64,000 nucleotides of DNA from Gammaproteobacteria bacterium (GCA_965238225.1 OZ250183.1:1248001-1312000), one strand, 5' to 3'. Positions 31,922-43,316 are shown, numbered from the stretch's first letter. Made by a program: numbers and translations. The notes: generated by a model not told the origin, from the sequence alone.

Positions 31922-33265
31922 ATGCAATCGTTACAATCTCTACTTGATAGACTGAGTAATATTATCTGGGGTGAATATGTTCTCATCCCTTTGCTGGCAT
32001 TCGTAGGACTTTATTTAACCTTCGGCCTGAAAGCAATGCCCTGGAAGCTGATTCCTCGGGCATTTTTAATGCTTTGGCGAGATCGTAAGCCTGATGATGC
32101 CAATAAGGGCGATATATCCCCATTTCAAGCCCTGATGACCGCATTGGCCGCCACCATCGGCACAGGCAATATCGCAGGGGTTGCAACTGCCATTTATCTT
32201 GGCGGGCCTGGCGCCATCTTCTGGATGTGGGTCATTGCCCTTTTTGGTATGGCAACAAAATATGCTGAAGCTGTTTTGGCAGTAAAATATAGAGAGGTGG
32301 ATGCACTGGGAAATTATGTCGGCGGTCCTATGCATTACATCAAAAATGGCCTGAGCAAAAACTGGGCATGGCTAGGCACAGCCTTTGCCTTATTTGGCAT
32401 GGTTGCCGCTTTTGGCATTGGCAATATGGTGCAATCTAATACTGTGGCCAGTGAGTTGTTGAATTCATTGCAGATACCCCAGTGGGTAACGGGCACCGTC
32501 ATCGCAACACTTACAGGTACTGTCATTTTAGGGGGTATTAAACGCATCGCTAATGTTACTGAAAAACTCATACCCTTCATGGCCAGTGCGTACATTATTG
32601 GCGCGCTTATTATCATATTCTTGAATATTTCTGAAGTACCTGCAGCATTAATGTTGATCGTTAAAGATGCCTTCACAGGCACTGCTGCTGAGGGCGGTTT
32701 TTTAGGTGCTACTGTTTTGATGGCTATCCGCTGGGGCTTTGCGCGCGGCATATTCTCGAATGAAGCGGGTCTTGGTAGCGCTGCTATTGTTCATGCCGCT
32801 GCCAAAACAAACAACCCTGTTCGTCAAGGCATGATTGCCATGTTGGGCACCTTTATTGATACCATCATCATCTGCTCAATGACTGCGCTCGTAATCATAT
32901 TGACAGGTGCGTGGGATAGCGGTGCGAATGGTGCGCCTATGTCATCTCTGGCCTTTAATACTGGTTTTGCGGGCGGGGGTTATATCGTTACATTTGGATT
33001 GATTGTCTTTGCCTTTAGTACAATCCTCGGCTGGAGCTATTACGGTGAACGCTGCGCAAGCTACCTTTTCGGTATCAAAATAATTTTGCCCTATCGTATA
33101 TTATGGGTACTTTCTATACTGATTGGTGCGTCGATGAAGTTAGACTTGGTGTGGATATTGGCTGATATTCTAAACGGACTAATGGCAATCCCAAATTTGA
33201 TTGCGTTACTCTTATTGAGTCCAGTTGTTTTTTCAATAAGCCGCGAATATTTTTCTAAAAAATAA
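31922..33265 (+). CDS. Alanine/glycine:cation symporter (AGCS)
   Basis: TIGTGNIAGVA, GGPGAIFWMW, RGIFSNEAGLGS. Confidence 0.95.
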   Translation: MQSLQSLLDRLSNIIWGEYVLIPLLAFVGLYLTFGLKAMPWKLIPRAFLMLWRDRKPDDANKGDISPFQALMTALAATIGTGNIAGVATAIYLGGPGAIFWMWVIALFGMATKYAEAVLAVKYREVDALGNYVGGPMHYIKNGLSKNWAWLGTAFALFGMVAAFGIGNMVQSNTVASELLNSLQIPQWVTGTVIATLTGTVILGGIKRIANVTEKLIPFMASAYIIGALIIIFLNISEVPAALMLIVKDAFTGTAAEGGFLGATVLMAIRWGFARGIFSNEAGLGSAAIVHAAAKTNNPVRQGMIAMLGTFIDTIIICSMTALVIILTGAWDSGANGAPMSSLAFNTGFAGGGYIVTFGLIVFAFSTILGWSYYGERCASYLFGIKIILPYRILWVLSILIGASMKLDLVWILADILNGLMAIPNLIALLLLSPVVFSISREYFSKK

Positions 33266-33317
33266 TTAAACTTGAAAGACAAATCCAAAGAAAATTAACC
33301 CAAGGAAAAAGTAACAA

Positions 33318-34163
33318 ATGCATTTATTAAAAAATGTTGATGCGCTTGCCTATCAGGCACTGCGTGAAGATTTGGGTGATGGTGATCTTACAGCAAGTTT
33401 ATTGCCAGAAGATGCGCAAGTAAAGGCGTGCTTAGTCACTCGTGAAGATGCAGTATTTTGCGGTACCTGTTGGTTTAACAGTGTATTCAAACAACTAGAT
33501 AAAAATATTAATATTAAATGGCATGTTAAAGATGGTGATGACATTGTTGCCAATCAGGAGTTATGTATCTTGAAAGGATCAGCACGTACCATTTTAACTG
33601 GTGAACGTACAGCAATGAATTTTATCCAGACCTTATCTGGTACGGCAACAAGCACTCGCGAATATGTGAAGATTCTAGAAGGCACTATGACAAAATTACT
33701 GGATACGCGTAAAACCATTCCGGGATTGAGAGAAGCACAAAAATATGCGGTGCGTAGTGGTGGTGGTTATAACCACCGGTTTGGTCTGTTTGACGGTATT
33801 CTACTCAAGGAGAACCATATCATCGCAGTAGGTACTATTAAAAAAGCAATAGATATTGCAAAAAGACGTTATCCGGACACATCTATCGAGATTGAAGTTG
33901 AAACACAAGATGAATTAAAAGAAGCGATAAACGCCGGGGCAGATATCATCATGCTGGATAATTTTTCTCTAGAAAATATACGAGAGGCTGTCGCCATTGC
34001 TAATAACCGTGTACGGCTGGAAGCGTCAGGCAGCTTTGATATGGAGCGCCTACGCGAAACAGCAGAAACTGGAGTTGATTACATTTCCGTCGGCGCACTG
34101 ACCAAACATGTTCAAGCGCTAGATATATCAATGCGTTTTTTTGAACAAAACTACAAAAATTAA
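33318..34163 (+). CDS. nadC: Quinolinate phosphoribosyltransferase
   Basis: LDTRKTIPGLR, HRFGL.DGILLKENH, IMLDNF, EASG. Confidence 0.96.
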   Translation: MHLLKNVDALAYQALREDLGDGDLTASLLPEDAQVKACLVTREDAVFCGTCWFNSVFKQLDKNINIKWHVKDGDDIVANQELCILKGSARTILTGERTAMNFIQTLSGTATSTREYVKILEGTMTKLLDTRKTIPGLREAQKYAVRSGGGYNHRFGLFDGILLKENHIIAVGTIKKAIDIAKRRYPDTSIEIEVETQDELKEAINAGADIIMLDNFSLENIREAVAIANNRVRLEASGSFDMERLRETAETGVDYISVGALTKHVQALDISMRFFEQNYKN

Positions 34164-34300
34164 CGAGTGGCACTCTTATGAAATTGAAATACTAGAAACA
34201 GACTTAAGGATATAGTTTCGAAGGCATAGCTTTATTAGTATCCTCTCAAATTGATTACAAAATATCAAGTCTTTAAAAATAGAATTATCTTACAATAAGT

Positions 34301-34870
34301 ATGCATGATAAAATCTTGGAAATTTTAAATTTTTGGTTTTTAAAGAGTCTTTATCTGAAGAATTATTTAGACAAAAAAATTCATTTAATCAAAAAATAAG
34401 AGTATAGATTTTTTAACGCTTATGAAGCGGAAATTGCTAACGAGTATGACGATTGGCAATATAGCTCCAAGTTTTGTTTAGCTTTGATAATTTTATTAGA
34501 TCAGTTTTTACGTAATTTATTTAGAAATAACAAAAGAGCTTTTGAACAATATAAAAAATGCAGACTGATTGTTTATAAAGTTATTGATAGAGGAAGCATG
34601 TAAAGAATATATCTAAATGGAAAATTATTTTTTTATTGCCTTTTTTCACAGTGAAGAAATTTGCTATCATACCTTATGATCATCATTTGAGAGAAATTCA
34701 TTTAAATAATCATACAGAAATATATTCAATAAAAAGATTATGAGATGACCATGCAAATATAATTAAACGATTTATAAAGATACCCGCATCGTAATAGAGA
34801 ATTAGGGAGACATACCACTGCAGAAGAAAGATTATTTTTAGAACAAACCAATTTTTTTGGTAAAATTTAA
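34301..34870 (+). pseudogene. Degraded DUF924-family gene
   Basis: Broken frames give ILNFWF / CLALIILLDQFLRNLFRN..RAF / FFLLPFFHSEE / HANIIKRF..YPHRNRELGRHTTAEE..FL. Confidence 0.75.
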
Positions 34871-35087
34871 TGTTAGTATGGGTTTCAATTTTTTATAAGA
34901 TATGTCTTAATATAAGACTCAGTGATTATTTATCCCCTCCATAGGGAATCAACAATAGAATCAACAAGAAAATCAACATAAAAGATAAGCACTATGAAAA
35001 AGCTGTTTTGTCTGATTAGATACCGATATACGCCCTGATAGTTTTGAGACAGCCGTCGCCTACAACAGCCAATACTATAATAAATTC

Positions 35088-36251
35088 ATGTTTGCCTCAA
35101 AAATAAATTCGCCCAAAATAAATATACATGAAAATTCATTGATATTTTCTCTTTTCTGTATTTTGGCACTACTACAGTGCCCTAATACTTGGGCAGCGAT
35201 CTATAAAGACGGCGAGCAGGCCTATCTAAACAAAGATTACGCAAAGGCTCTTAAGATTCTTAAACCATTGGCTAAAAATGGAAATTCTCAGGCACAAGTC
35301 ACTTTGGGGATTATGTATGATTTTGGTCACGGTGTTCCTAAGGATTCAAGTAAAGCAATCAAGTGGTATATTAAAGCTGCTGAGCAAGGTATTCCTGCTG
35401 TGCAGCATGATGTTGGTGTTAAATACTTTCAAGGTCAGGATGTTCCGCAAAATTACCTGAAAGCAGCATATTGGTGGGAACAATCAGCTAATGCTGGCTT
35501 GGCTGATTCCCAATTTAACCTAGGTCTACTGTATTATCGTGGTATCGGCTTGGAGGTAGACTACCAAAAGGCCTCTACTCTATTTACTTCTGCCGCCAAA
35601 CAAGAACACCAACATGCACAATACAGCCTAGCTATAATGTACGCATTTGGTCAGGGTCTGGATAAAGATTATGAACAAGCTCTGAAATGGTTTAGAAAAT
35701 CAGCAGCGCATAATGTTACTCAAGCGCAATTTAATCTGGGTGTATTTTATGAAAATGGATACGGCCTTAAGAAAGACATGGTCGTCGCCAAAAAATGGTA
35801 TACGCTCGCTGCTAATGATGGACTGGCTGAAGCGAAGTTAAGACTTGCCGCACTTGAGCAGGTCGATCAAGAAACTATCCAGCATCCTGAAACCTCTAAA
35901 CTTGCAGATAGTCAATCTAATGAGACAATGAGCAGAGCACTAGGAGAACATAGTATAAAAAGGGAAGACTGGGTCAAACAACAACCGAGCAAGTCATATA
36001 CACTACAACTCTCAAGCTTGCTCAAAGAAAGAGACATCATTCGCTTTATCCAAAAAAATAAATTAGTGGAAAATGCTGCATATATTGAGGTCGTTATTAA
36101 AGGCAAAACCCGTTACAACGCACTATACGGGCATTATCCAAGCTATGAGCAGGCAAAGAATGCAATCGCATCTCTTCCTGCAAGTGTCAGAAAAAATAAA
36201 CCCTGGGTAAGAAAATTTGGTATCCTGCAAGAATTAATCGGTACAAGATAA
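35088..36251 (+). CDS. Sel1-repeat protein with C-terminal SPOR (DamX-like) domain
   Basis: Several AQ..LG.MY..G.GV repeats; YTLQL...YG.YPSYEQAK.AI..LP..PWVR. Confidence 0.85.
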   Translation: MFASKINSPKINIHENSLIFSLFCILALLQCPNTWAAIYKDGEQAYLNKDYAKALKILKPLAKNGNSQAQVTLGIMYDFGHGVPKDSSKAIKWYIKAAEQGIPAVQHDVGVKYFQGQDVPQNYLKAAYWWEQSANAGLADSQFNLGLLYYRGIGLEVDYQKASTLFTSAAKQEHQHAQYSLAIMYAFGQGLDKDYEQALKWFRKSAAHNVTQAQFNLGVFYENGYGLKKDMVVAKKWYTLAANDGLAEAKLRLAALEQVDQETIQHPETSKLADSQSNETMSRALGEHSIKREDWVKQQPSKSYTLQLSSLLKERDIIRFIQKNKLVENAAYIEVVIKGKTRYNALYGHYPSYEQAKNAIASLPASVRKNKPWVRKFGILQELIGTR

Positions 36252-36355
36252 GAAGCGCACTTAGAATATAACAGCACCAATCTGCGTCAATCAGTATTTA
36301 AAATATATCGCTTCCGTGCAAAATAAGTTCTACGTCTAATTCACATCTATAGAAA

Positions 36356-36420
36356 AATATTCTGGGAAATAATATTCTGGGAAATATTTAGGAAATATTC
36401 TGAATAATACTCTGGGAAAT
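36356..36420. repeat. Tandem AATATTCTGGGAAAT repeat (two perfect plus degenerate copies)
   Basis: 36356-36370 and 36371-36385 identical; variants to 36420. Confidence 0.8.
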
Positions 36421-36845
36421 TATGAAATCTAAAATAGAAAATATCGTAAATTAACTTATAATTAAGAAATATCAAGAAAAACACTAAGGGAAACATGCAA
36501 AGCTAATAGAACCGCATACGATCATAGCCGTGTTGACGCTCTATTTGCGAAGAAAAACTGAATAATATCAGATGCTGTCTAATCCTTGCTGTGGATATTC
36601 TTTAAAAAACTGTTTTACTCAACATTATTTTAACTTAAGCAAATATGTAATATTAAGGGAAAATATAAATTTTTTTAAATAAAAACATAAGTTCTAAAGC
36701 TTGCAGAATCTTAATTTAGAAAAGTAAGATACGGTGTGCTGAGATATAGTATAGTAAGAAAAATAAAAAATAGACACTGCATAATTTCCTCACGATAGAT
36801 CATGAACACAATGCTAGAAAATAATTCTAATAGAATGGCAAACCA

Positions 36846-37559
36846 ATGATAAGTTTCACAGAATTACTCACAGCCAGTGACGCAGAACTCGTCAAAATAT
36901 TTTATAAAGTTAACTATGATCCATCAATAGGTTTTGTAAAAAATATAAACAATATCGCCAAGCAATTGCATCTCAATCACTCTCAGCTTGTTTCCGCGAT
37001 TGGCTTTAATGAAAATATACGTGATCTAACTGACATTATTACGGTGCTCGGCTTCAAATCATATAAGGTCATGGTTTATCGCCGTAATGAGTTATTTGTA
37101 ACAGACACGTACCAGCAGCTCGGTATAGATAATATCCTAGATATCTATTCAGAACGACTAGAAAATAAAGAAATTCTTGAAACATTGAGAGAATTAATTC
37201 ACACACGACTGCAACACATCGAAACCGATATTGAAAAGACCAGCGGCTCCGATCATGCAATAAGCTATAAAATGGAAATACATTCGATATATCAATCCGG
37301 GATCGCAGATGAATCTTTTTCAAAAGAAAGAATAATAAAAGATATTGGAGAGTATCGTTCTATATCAGGTGAGCTCACTGAAATGATTAACGCCGGAATA
37401 TTCCCGGCCAGCAACTTTTTTTTCATGGAGACTATTTCGCCTAATGAAAAGAAAGAATTGATTGAGCAAAATCATATTTCATCGGATATGATAAAAAATC
37501 GTCTACAAAACACAAAAATATCTAAAGATGAAAGAGATATGCTGGAAGAATTTATATAG
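36846..37559 (+). CDS. Hypothetical protein
   Basis: 237-aa open frame ending 8 bp before the TonB receptor. Confidence 0.65.
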   Translation: MISFTELLTASDAELVKIFYKVNYDPSIGFVKNINNIAKQLHLNHSQLVSAIGFNENIRDLTDIITVLGFKSYKVMVYRRNELFVTDTYQQLGIDNILDIYSERLENKEILETLRELIHTRLQHIETDIEKTSGSDHAISYKMEIHSIYQSGIADESFSKERIIKDIGEYRSISGELTEMINAGIFPASNFFFMETISPNEKKELIEQNHISSDMIKNRLQNTKISKDERDMLEEFI

Positions 37560-37567
37560 GGATTTTA

Positions 37568-39934
37568 ATGAAAAACTATCATCTGCGTCAGATTTTTTCA
37601 TTTGGCACAGTCATGTTTACTATTTTTAATAGTCTTCATGTCTTCGCAGAAAAAGTTGGTGTCGTTCAAAACGAAACTATTCAAGTAATAGGCATCACAC
37701 CATTACATGGTACTGGTCTTCCGGCAAACATGATCCCTTTTTCTATTCAATCAGCAACAGCTAAAGATATCGAAGAAAATCAAGGTCTTGATCTCAGTCA
37801 ATTTCTTAATCGCAACCTTCAAAGCGTGACCATTAACGAGGCGCAAAATAATCCATTACAGCCAGATATTCAATATCGCGGTTTTACATCTTCACCCTTA
37901 CTCGGACTTCCGCAGGGCATTGCTGTCTATCAAAACGGTGTTCGTGTAAATGAGGTCTTTGGAGATACAATTAACTGGGATTTGATTCCAAAATCTTCAA
38001 TCGCGAGTATTAACTTAATAGGTGGCGCAAACCCTATATTTGGTCTAAACACTTTAGGTGGTGCAATCTCTATCACAACTAAAAATGGTTTCACTCATGA
38101 AGGTCATAACCTAGAAGTATACGGCGGTTCTTTTGAACGTGTTATAACGACATTTGAAAGCGGTGGAAATGATGGGGCTTGGGGTTATTTCCTCACCAGC
38201 AGTTATTTTGATGAGCAAGGTTGGCGTGATGCTTCGCCGTCTAATGCGTTTAGCCTGTTTGGCGCAATTAGCTGGCAGGGGAAAGACAGTGCGCTGGATT
38301 TTTCTTTTAATCATGGTGATACTAAATTGATTGGCAATGGCTCTATTCCCGTTGAGTTAGAGGCAATAGACAGAAGCATGATCTTCACTTCTCCTGATAT
38401 CACAGAAAATAATCTTTTCTTAGTCAATCTTGAAGGCGCGCATTGGCTTAATGATGAATTGCAACTGCTTGGCAATATTTTTTACCGTAGCAATAACGCC
38501 AACTCTTTCAATGGTGATGGCACAGAATTTGAGCCCTGCGATGATGGCTTTCTTCATGAGTGGGATATAGATGACGATGCCAATCTCAACGGGAAGTGCG
38601 ATGCTTTAGAAGGGGAAATTGCTATCGATCAAAATGGCAACCCCATCCCCAATACTATTGCAGGTGCACAGTTAGACGCTATTAATAATATCAGTGCTCG
38701 TGAACAGGAAAGCTTTGGTGTCAATATCCAATTAACCTTTCTTAATGATTTGTTCTACCGCCAGAATACTTTGATTGTGGGAACCTCTTACAATCAAGGA
38801 TTAGCAGATTTTTGGGCGATTGTTGAAGCCGCGTCCTTAAATGCAGACAGAAGCACCTCAATGACAAATTTGTTTGCTGTGGAAGATGGCACGCAAATTA
38901 AAACACATATCCGAACATGGTCAATCTACCTATCAGATATTTTTTCTATCACGGATAAACTAGTCTTAACATTGTCTGGGCGTTACAACAACACCCGCGT
39001 CACAATAGGTGATCGCAGCACTCTAAATCCATTAGTTGACCCTGACGACCCTGCTGCTTTAAATGGTGAACATGATTATAGACGCTTCAATCCAGCCATA
39101 GGATTAAACTGGTCATTACATCCAGATATTGTTGCCTATGGTAGTTATAGCGAATCTGCCCGTGCACCTACTACAGTCGAACTGTCATGTGCCGATCCTT
39201 CTGCACCCTGCAATCTACCGAATGCCTTTCTTGCTGACCCGCCACTGAATCAAGTTGTAACCAAGAGTTTTGAAGGTGGTTTTCGAGGAGTATTAAACTC
39301 CAATGTGAAATGGAATTTAGGCGCATTTCATAGTGTCAATCATGATGATATTATTTTTATCAGTACTGGCGGCATAAGCTCTAACGAAGGCTTTTTCGAC
39401 AACATCGGCGACACCAAAAGAGTTGGCTTAGAGCTTGGTTTTTCAGGGACTGCAGGGAAGCTAGATTGGTTTACAAATTACAGTTTTGTCAAAGCAAGCT
39501 TCGATAATAACTTTGCATCAAGCAGCCCAAATCACTCCTTAGCAGATAGCAACGGAGATATTAGCATTCAAAAAGGAGATAGAATACCCGGGTTACCGCA
39601 ACATAATTTAAAGATCGGAAGTAACTATCATATCACCCAAAAGTTTAGTATTGGCTCAGATTTAATCTATAATTCAGACCAGTACTTCCGTGGAGATGAG
39701 GCGAATCTGCTAGATACTATTGATGGTTATGTTGTCGTTAATGCGAGGGCTTCGTATAAATTTAATAAAAATATTTCAATCTTCGCAAATATAAATAATT
39801 TATTGGATTCTGAATACGAAACCTTTGGCTTACTGGGGGAACCAGATAAAATCTTTTCTGAATTCGACAACCCACGATTTGTTAGTATCAGTGCACCAAT
39901 ATCCGGATTTATTGGCATAAAAATAGAGCTTTAG
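37568..39934 (+). CDS. TonB-dependent outer membrane receptor
   Basis: Signal peptide, ETIQV TonB-box-like, plug (GANPIFGLNTLGGAI), barrel strands, NINNLLD..Y. Confidence 0.9.
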   Translation: MKNYHLRQIFSFGTVMFTIFNSLHVFAEKVGVVQNETIQVIGITPLHGTGLPANMIPFSIQSATAKDIEENQGLDLSQFLNRNLQSVTINEAQNNPLQPDIQYRGFTSSPLLGLPQGIAVYQNGVRVNEVFGDTINWDLIPKSSIASINLIGGANPIFGLNTLGGAISITTKNGFTHEGHNLEVYGGSFERVITTFESGGNDGAWGYFLTSSYFDEQGWRDASPSNAFSLFGAISWQGKDSALDFSFNHGDTKLIGNGSIPVELEAIDRSMIFTSPDITENNLFLVNLEGAHWLNDELQLLGNIFYRSNNANSFNGDGTEFEPCDDGFLHEWDIDDDANLNGKCDALEGEIAIDQNGNPIPNTIAGAQLDAINNISAREQESFGVNIQLTFLNDLFYRQNTLIVGTSYNQGLADFWAIVEAASLNADRSTSMTNLFAVEDGTQIKTHIRTWSIYLSDIFSITDKLVLTLSGRYNNTRVTIGDRSTLNPLVDPDDPAALNGEHDYRRFNPAIGLNWSLHPDIVAYGSYSESARAPTTVELSCADPSAPCNLPNAFLADPPLNQVVTKSFEGGFRGVLNSNVKWNLGAFHSVNHDDIIFISTGGISSNEGFFDNIGDTKRVGLELGFSGTAGKLDWFTNYSFVKASFDNNFASSSPNHSLADSNGDISIQKGDRIPGLPQHNLKIGSNYHITQKFSIGSDLIYNSDQYFRGDEANLLDTIDGYVVVNARASYKFNKNISIFANINNLLDSEYETFGLLGEPDKIFSEFDNPRFVSISAPISGFIGIKIEL

Positions 39935-40100
39935 AATAAGCCACTTCTTGTTATGCGCCTAATGGCTACGAATATCCGTAAACACCTGTAGCCTAATACA
40001 ACAAAAAGCAATATTTGACCTGCCATTGGGCTGCAACGCGCTGATTTTTACACATGTAATAGATGTATATCTTGCTTGAGATGCCGTTACTTTAACTCAA

Positions 40101-40341
40101 AACATAAGGAATATAGCCATCATTACTCACGTTTGTCATGGAAAAACCGCTTTGATTGACAAACTATATTACAATAAGCGAGCACACTTGACAGTCGTGC
40201 TCCCGACAGAACGCATTATGGATTACGATGATATTTGAATTTATTGATAATGATGAACTGGTAGAAGTGACACCATTTAATATTCGTATTTGCAAGAAAA
40301 AGCTACTAGAACATGAACGTAGCGCACATAACAAAGAATAA
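40101..40341 (+). pseudogene. typA: typA/bipA remnant with near-total internal deletion
   Basis: NIRNIAIITHVCHGKTALIDKL...ERIMDYDD (N-terminus) joined to EFIDNDELVEVTPFNIRICKKKLLEHER* (C-terminus). Confidence 0.85.
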
Positions 40342-40359
40342 AATTGAGCTTGTCTGGTT

Positions 40360-41163
40360 TTATTGATTAAGGCGGCGCTGTCGCCAAGCTTCGTACAAAC
40401 ATATCCCTGCGGCAACAGAAACATTTAGACTCTCAACAACGCCAGCCATGGGTATATTCACCAGCTTGTCACAATATTTATGAGTATTTTGTCTAAGTCC
40501 GCGCGCCTCTGAACCCATAACCAAAGCAATGGGTAATGTTAAATCTTCTTCATAGATAGTATGTTGAGCGGAAACAGCAGTACCTATCACCCATATACCT
40601 GATTCCTGCATTGCCTTTAAAGCACGCGACAAATTAGCAACATGAATGACAGGAGTATTTTCTGCGCCACCACATGCAACTTTTCGCACTGTTTCATTGA
40701 GACCAACTGCACGATCTTTAGGAATGATAACAGCACGTGCACGCATCGCATCAGCGGTACGCAGACAAGCTCCTAAGTTATGCGGATCCTGTATACCATC
40801 AAGCACTAAAAAAAGTGTTGCTTCTTCACTATTCATTGCTAATACAGATTCTAAATCTATCCTGCTATCTATAGACACAAACCTACGTCTTATAACCACC
40901 CCTTGATGATTTGCCTGATGACTTAATTTATCTAGTGTTTTTTTTGTCATAAACTGAACGGTCACTTGCGCATTTTTCGCAAGCTCCAAAAGCTCTGACA
41001 TACCTTTGGATGGTTTTTTATTTTCCAACGCCCACATCTCCAACACATTGGCTGAAGTATTTTTTAGCGCATGTCGAACGGCATGTATGCCATAGGTAAT
41101 TTCTGATTGTTTACTCACTTCTGCATGAGTCCTCAAGATTATTAAAATTGCATTGCCCAGCAT
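40360..41163 (-). CDS. rlmB: 23S rRNA G2251 2'-O-methyltransferase
   Basis: YGIHAV, HQGV, LDGIQDPHNLGACLRTA, ESLNVSVA; true start may lie downstream of 41163. Confidence 0.93.
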   Translation of the reverse strand: MLGNAILIILRTHAEVSKQSEITYGIHAVRHALKNTSANVLEMWALENKKPSKGMSELLELAKNAQVTVQFMTKKTLDKLSHQANHQGVVIRRRFVSIDSRIDLESVLAMNSEEATLFLVLDGIQDPHNLGACLRTADAMRARAVIIPKDRAVGLNETVRKVACGGAENTPVIHVANLSRALKAMQESGIWVIGTAVSAQHTIYEEDLTLPIALVMGSEARGLRQNTHKYCDKLVNIPMAGVVESLNVSVAAGICLYEAWRQRRLNQ

Positions 41164-41501
41164 AACAACACATCTTCAAAAATACACATTTACCTTAATA
41201 TTTTCCATATTTATCTTTAATAAAAAATATTTCTGGATTTAGATTTTTTTATAAAAAAGTCATGTCGCCAAGATAAAAAAATAATACAAATTTAATAATT
41301 ATTTTTTATCTTATTTAGAATAGAATACAATAATTTATAATTTTTTTATTGCGTTTTCATATAATTTTATAACATCGATAATGAGAATGAATAAGATAAA
41401 TCTATTATCATGAATAATATAATAAAAAAATACTTAATTGATTAGGTTAATTATTATGACGTACCTCAATAATCTACAACTATATAAATAAAAAAATTAT
41501 T

Positions 41502-42741
41502 ATGACTAGAAAGATCGCCAGAAACGATAATATAATTACCGTAGAAAGTAATTTAGATGACTTTCACCAATTGCTTGCTAAGGTTTATGATGCTATTGAA
41601 AGACGTGATTATCAAGATCTCCTGTTGGATGTGAAAAATTGCGTATCTGCCTTTTAAAATTCCATGCTCTCATTATGCGCCAAAGTAATGGCATACCGAA
41701 AAGGCGGCATTAATTTTTCTTTAAAACCGCCTAAAGAAAAGAGATTAGCGAGTCTATTCCGCAATACGAATTGGGGATATTTTTTAGATCCACACCAATA
41801 TGATAAATCTGATTTTCGTGGTCACAGGAAAATTTCAGCTACTCAGTATCAAACACCAGAACAACAACAAAGTACAGTTAATAAAATTGTTAATGTAATA
41901 TTAGGCACTATTCCAGACATGCAGCGTGAAGATTTTTCTGCGTTCGAATGGTCTATTAATGAAATTACTGATAATGTTTTAGTGCATACTCAATCAAATA
42001 TCGGCGGACTTGTCCAAGCCTCAACTTTACAGAAAACCCAGAAACGGGTCGAATTTGTTGTTGCAGATGCAGGAGCAGGAATACCTCAAACACTTAAAAA
42101 CAGCCATCCGGAAATTAATTCTGATGCAGATGCATTAGACCAAGCTATTAGAGAGGGCGTCACAAGAGATAAATCACTCGGTCAAGGTAATGGTTTATAT
42201 GGCAGCTATACAATGATGTAGCAATTGCAACGGATATTTCAGTGTGGACTCTGGGCATGCTCATTTAAGATATGTAAAGAATAAAGATCTTTCTATATCT
42301 AATAAAAGTATTCCATACAGTGGCACATTAATTATTGCCACTATCGATTTCTCTCAGCCACATTTATTGGCAAATGCTCTTAAATTTAAAGGCAAAAAAC
42401 ATACGCCTACCGATTTTGTTGAGACAGCTTATGAAACAAATGAAGATAGATAGATAATTTTTAGTCTCTTGAAAGAATCCGGATCATTTGGCAGTCGAGT
42501 TGCAGGCAAGCCTATAAGGACAAAACTATATAATTTACTTCATATGCAACATCGAGATAAGATTTATATTGATTTATCTGACATACCAATTATGTCAAGC
42601 AGTTTCGCCGATGAGGTATTTGGCAAACTTTTTCTGGAAGCTGGTGCCATTGAATTTATGCAAAAATTTGAATTTGTTAATATGACAGAAACTGTTAAAC
42701 AAATAATTGATAAGGCAGTATCTCAGCGTATGTCGGGCTGA
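41502..42741 (+). pseudogene. Disrupted HATPase + STAS-like (DUF4325) gene
   Basis: ATG 41502, in-frame TAA 41655, NEITDNV..H / D.G.GI / GQGNGL, frameshift near 42215-42240, in-frame TAG 42451, C-terminal SSSFADEVFGKL. Confidence 0.75.
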
Positions 42742-42824
42742 CGTGTTAGATTAGTATCATTTAATATAATGCGCCTGAGTTTTATTTTTTGCTGCGGTTT
42801 GTATGAAATTTTGCTCGCCCACAG

Positions 42825-43316
42825 CTATCTCTCAATAATATTAACATTGGTTTCAATTTCAACCAGATCAAATAATTCGATCATATCCTGATTTCGCATA
42901 CGCACACAGCCTCTTGATCCTGGCGTACCCATAGAAACTTCATCCGGGCTACCATGAATATAAATATAACGTTCATAGCTATCGATATTGCCGCCCTGGT
43001 TCTTGCCAGTTTCACAACCATCAAGCCAGAGGATGCGCGTTAATATCCAGTCTCTATCAGGAGATTGTTCTCGTAGCTTTGGGTGATATAGCTCATTTGT
43101 CGGTTTTCTACCAACAAACACAGTATTTGACTCATAGCCTGCGCCAATCTTTTCACGGATAAGGTGCACTCCTCTCGGCGTACATTCACTATCTATTTGC
43201 TCGCCTGTGCCATTTTTTGCCGTTGAAATGATATATTGCTTCAACACATCACTTCCCTCAAACAAACTAAGTGTTTGTTTTTTGATATTTATTTCTATGT
43301 GTTTATCTTGAATCAT
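42825..43316 (-). CDS. L,D-transpeptidase (YkuD family)
   Basis: ISTAKNG.GE, TPRG, YIYIHG, SRGCVRM. Confidence 0.9.
   Translation of the reverse strand: MIQDKHIEINIKKQTLSLFEGSDVLKQYIISTAKNGTGEQIDSECTPRGVHLIREKIGAGYESNTVFVGRKPTNELYHPKLREQSPDRDWILTRILWLDGCETGKNQGGNIDSYERYIYIHGSPDEVSMGTPGSRGCVRMRNQDMIELFDLVEIETNVNIIER

Noticed and set aside
36356-36420. CRISPR-like repeats
   Set aside because: 15-bp units are adjacent with no unique spacers and there are no cas genes
40164-40424. 86-aa minus-strand ORF
   Set aside because: Shadow of the typA remnant and the rlmB end
41502-42741. Stop-codon recoding to explain in-frame TAA and TAG
   Set aside because: A frameshift is also present and TAA/TAG end normal genes throughout the window
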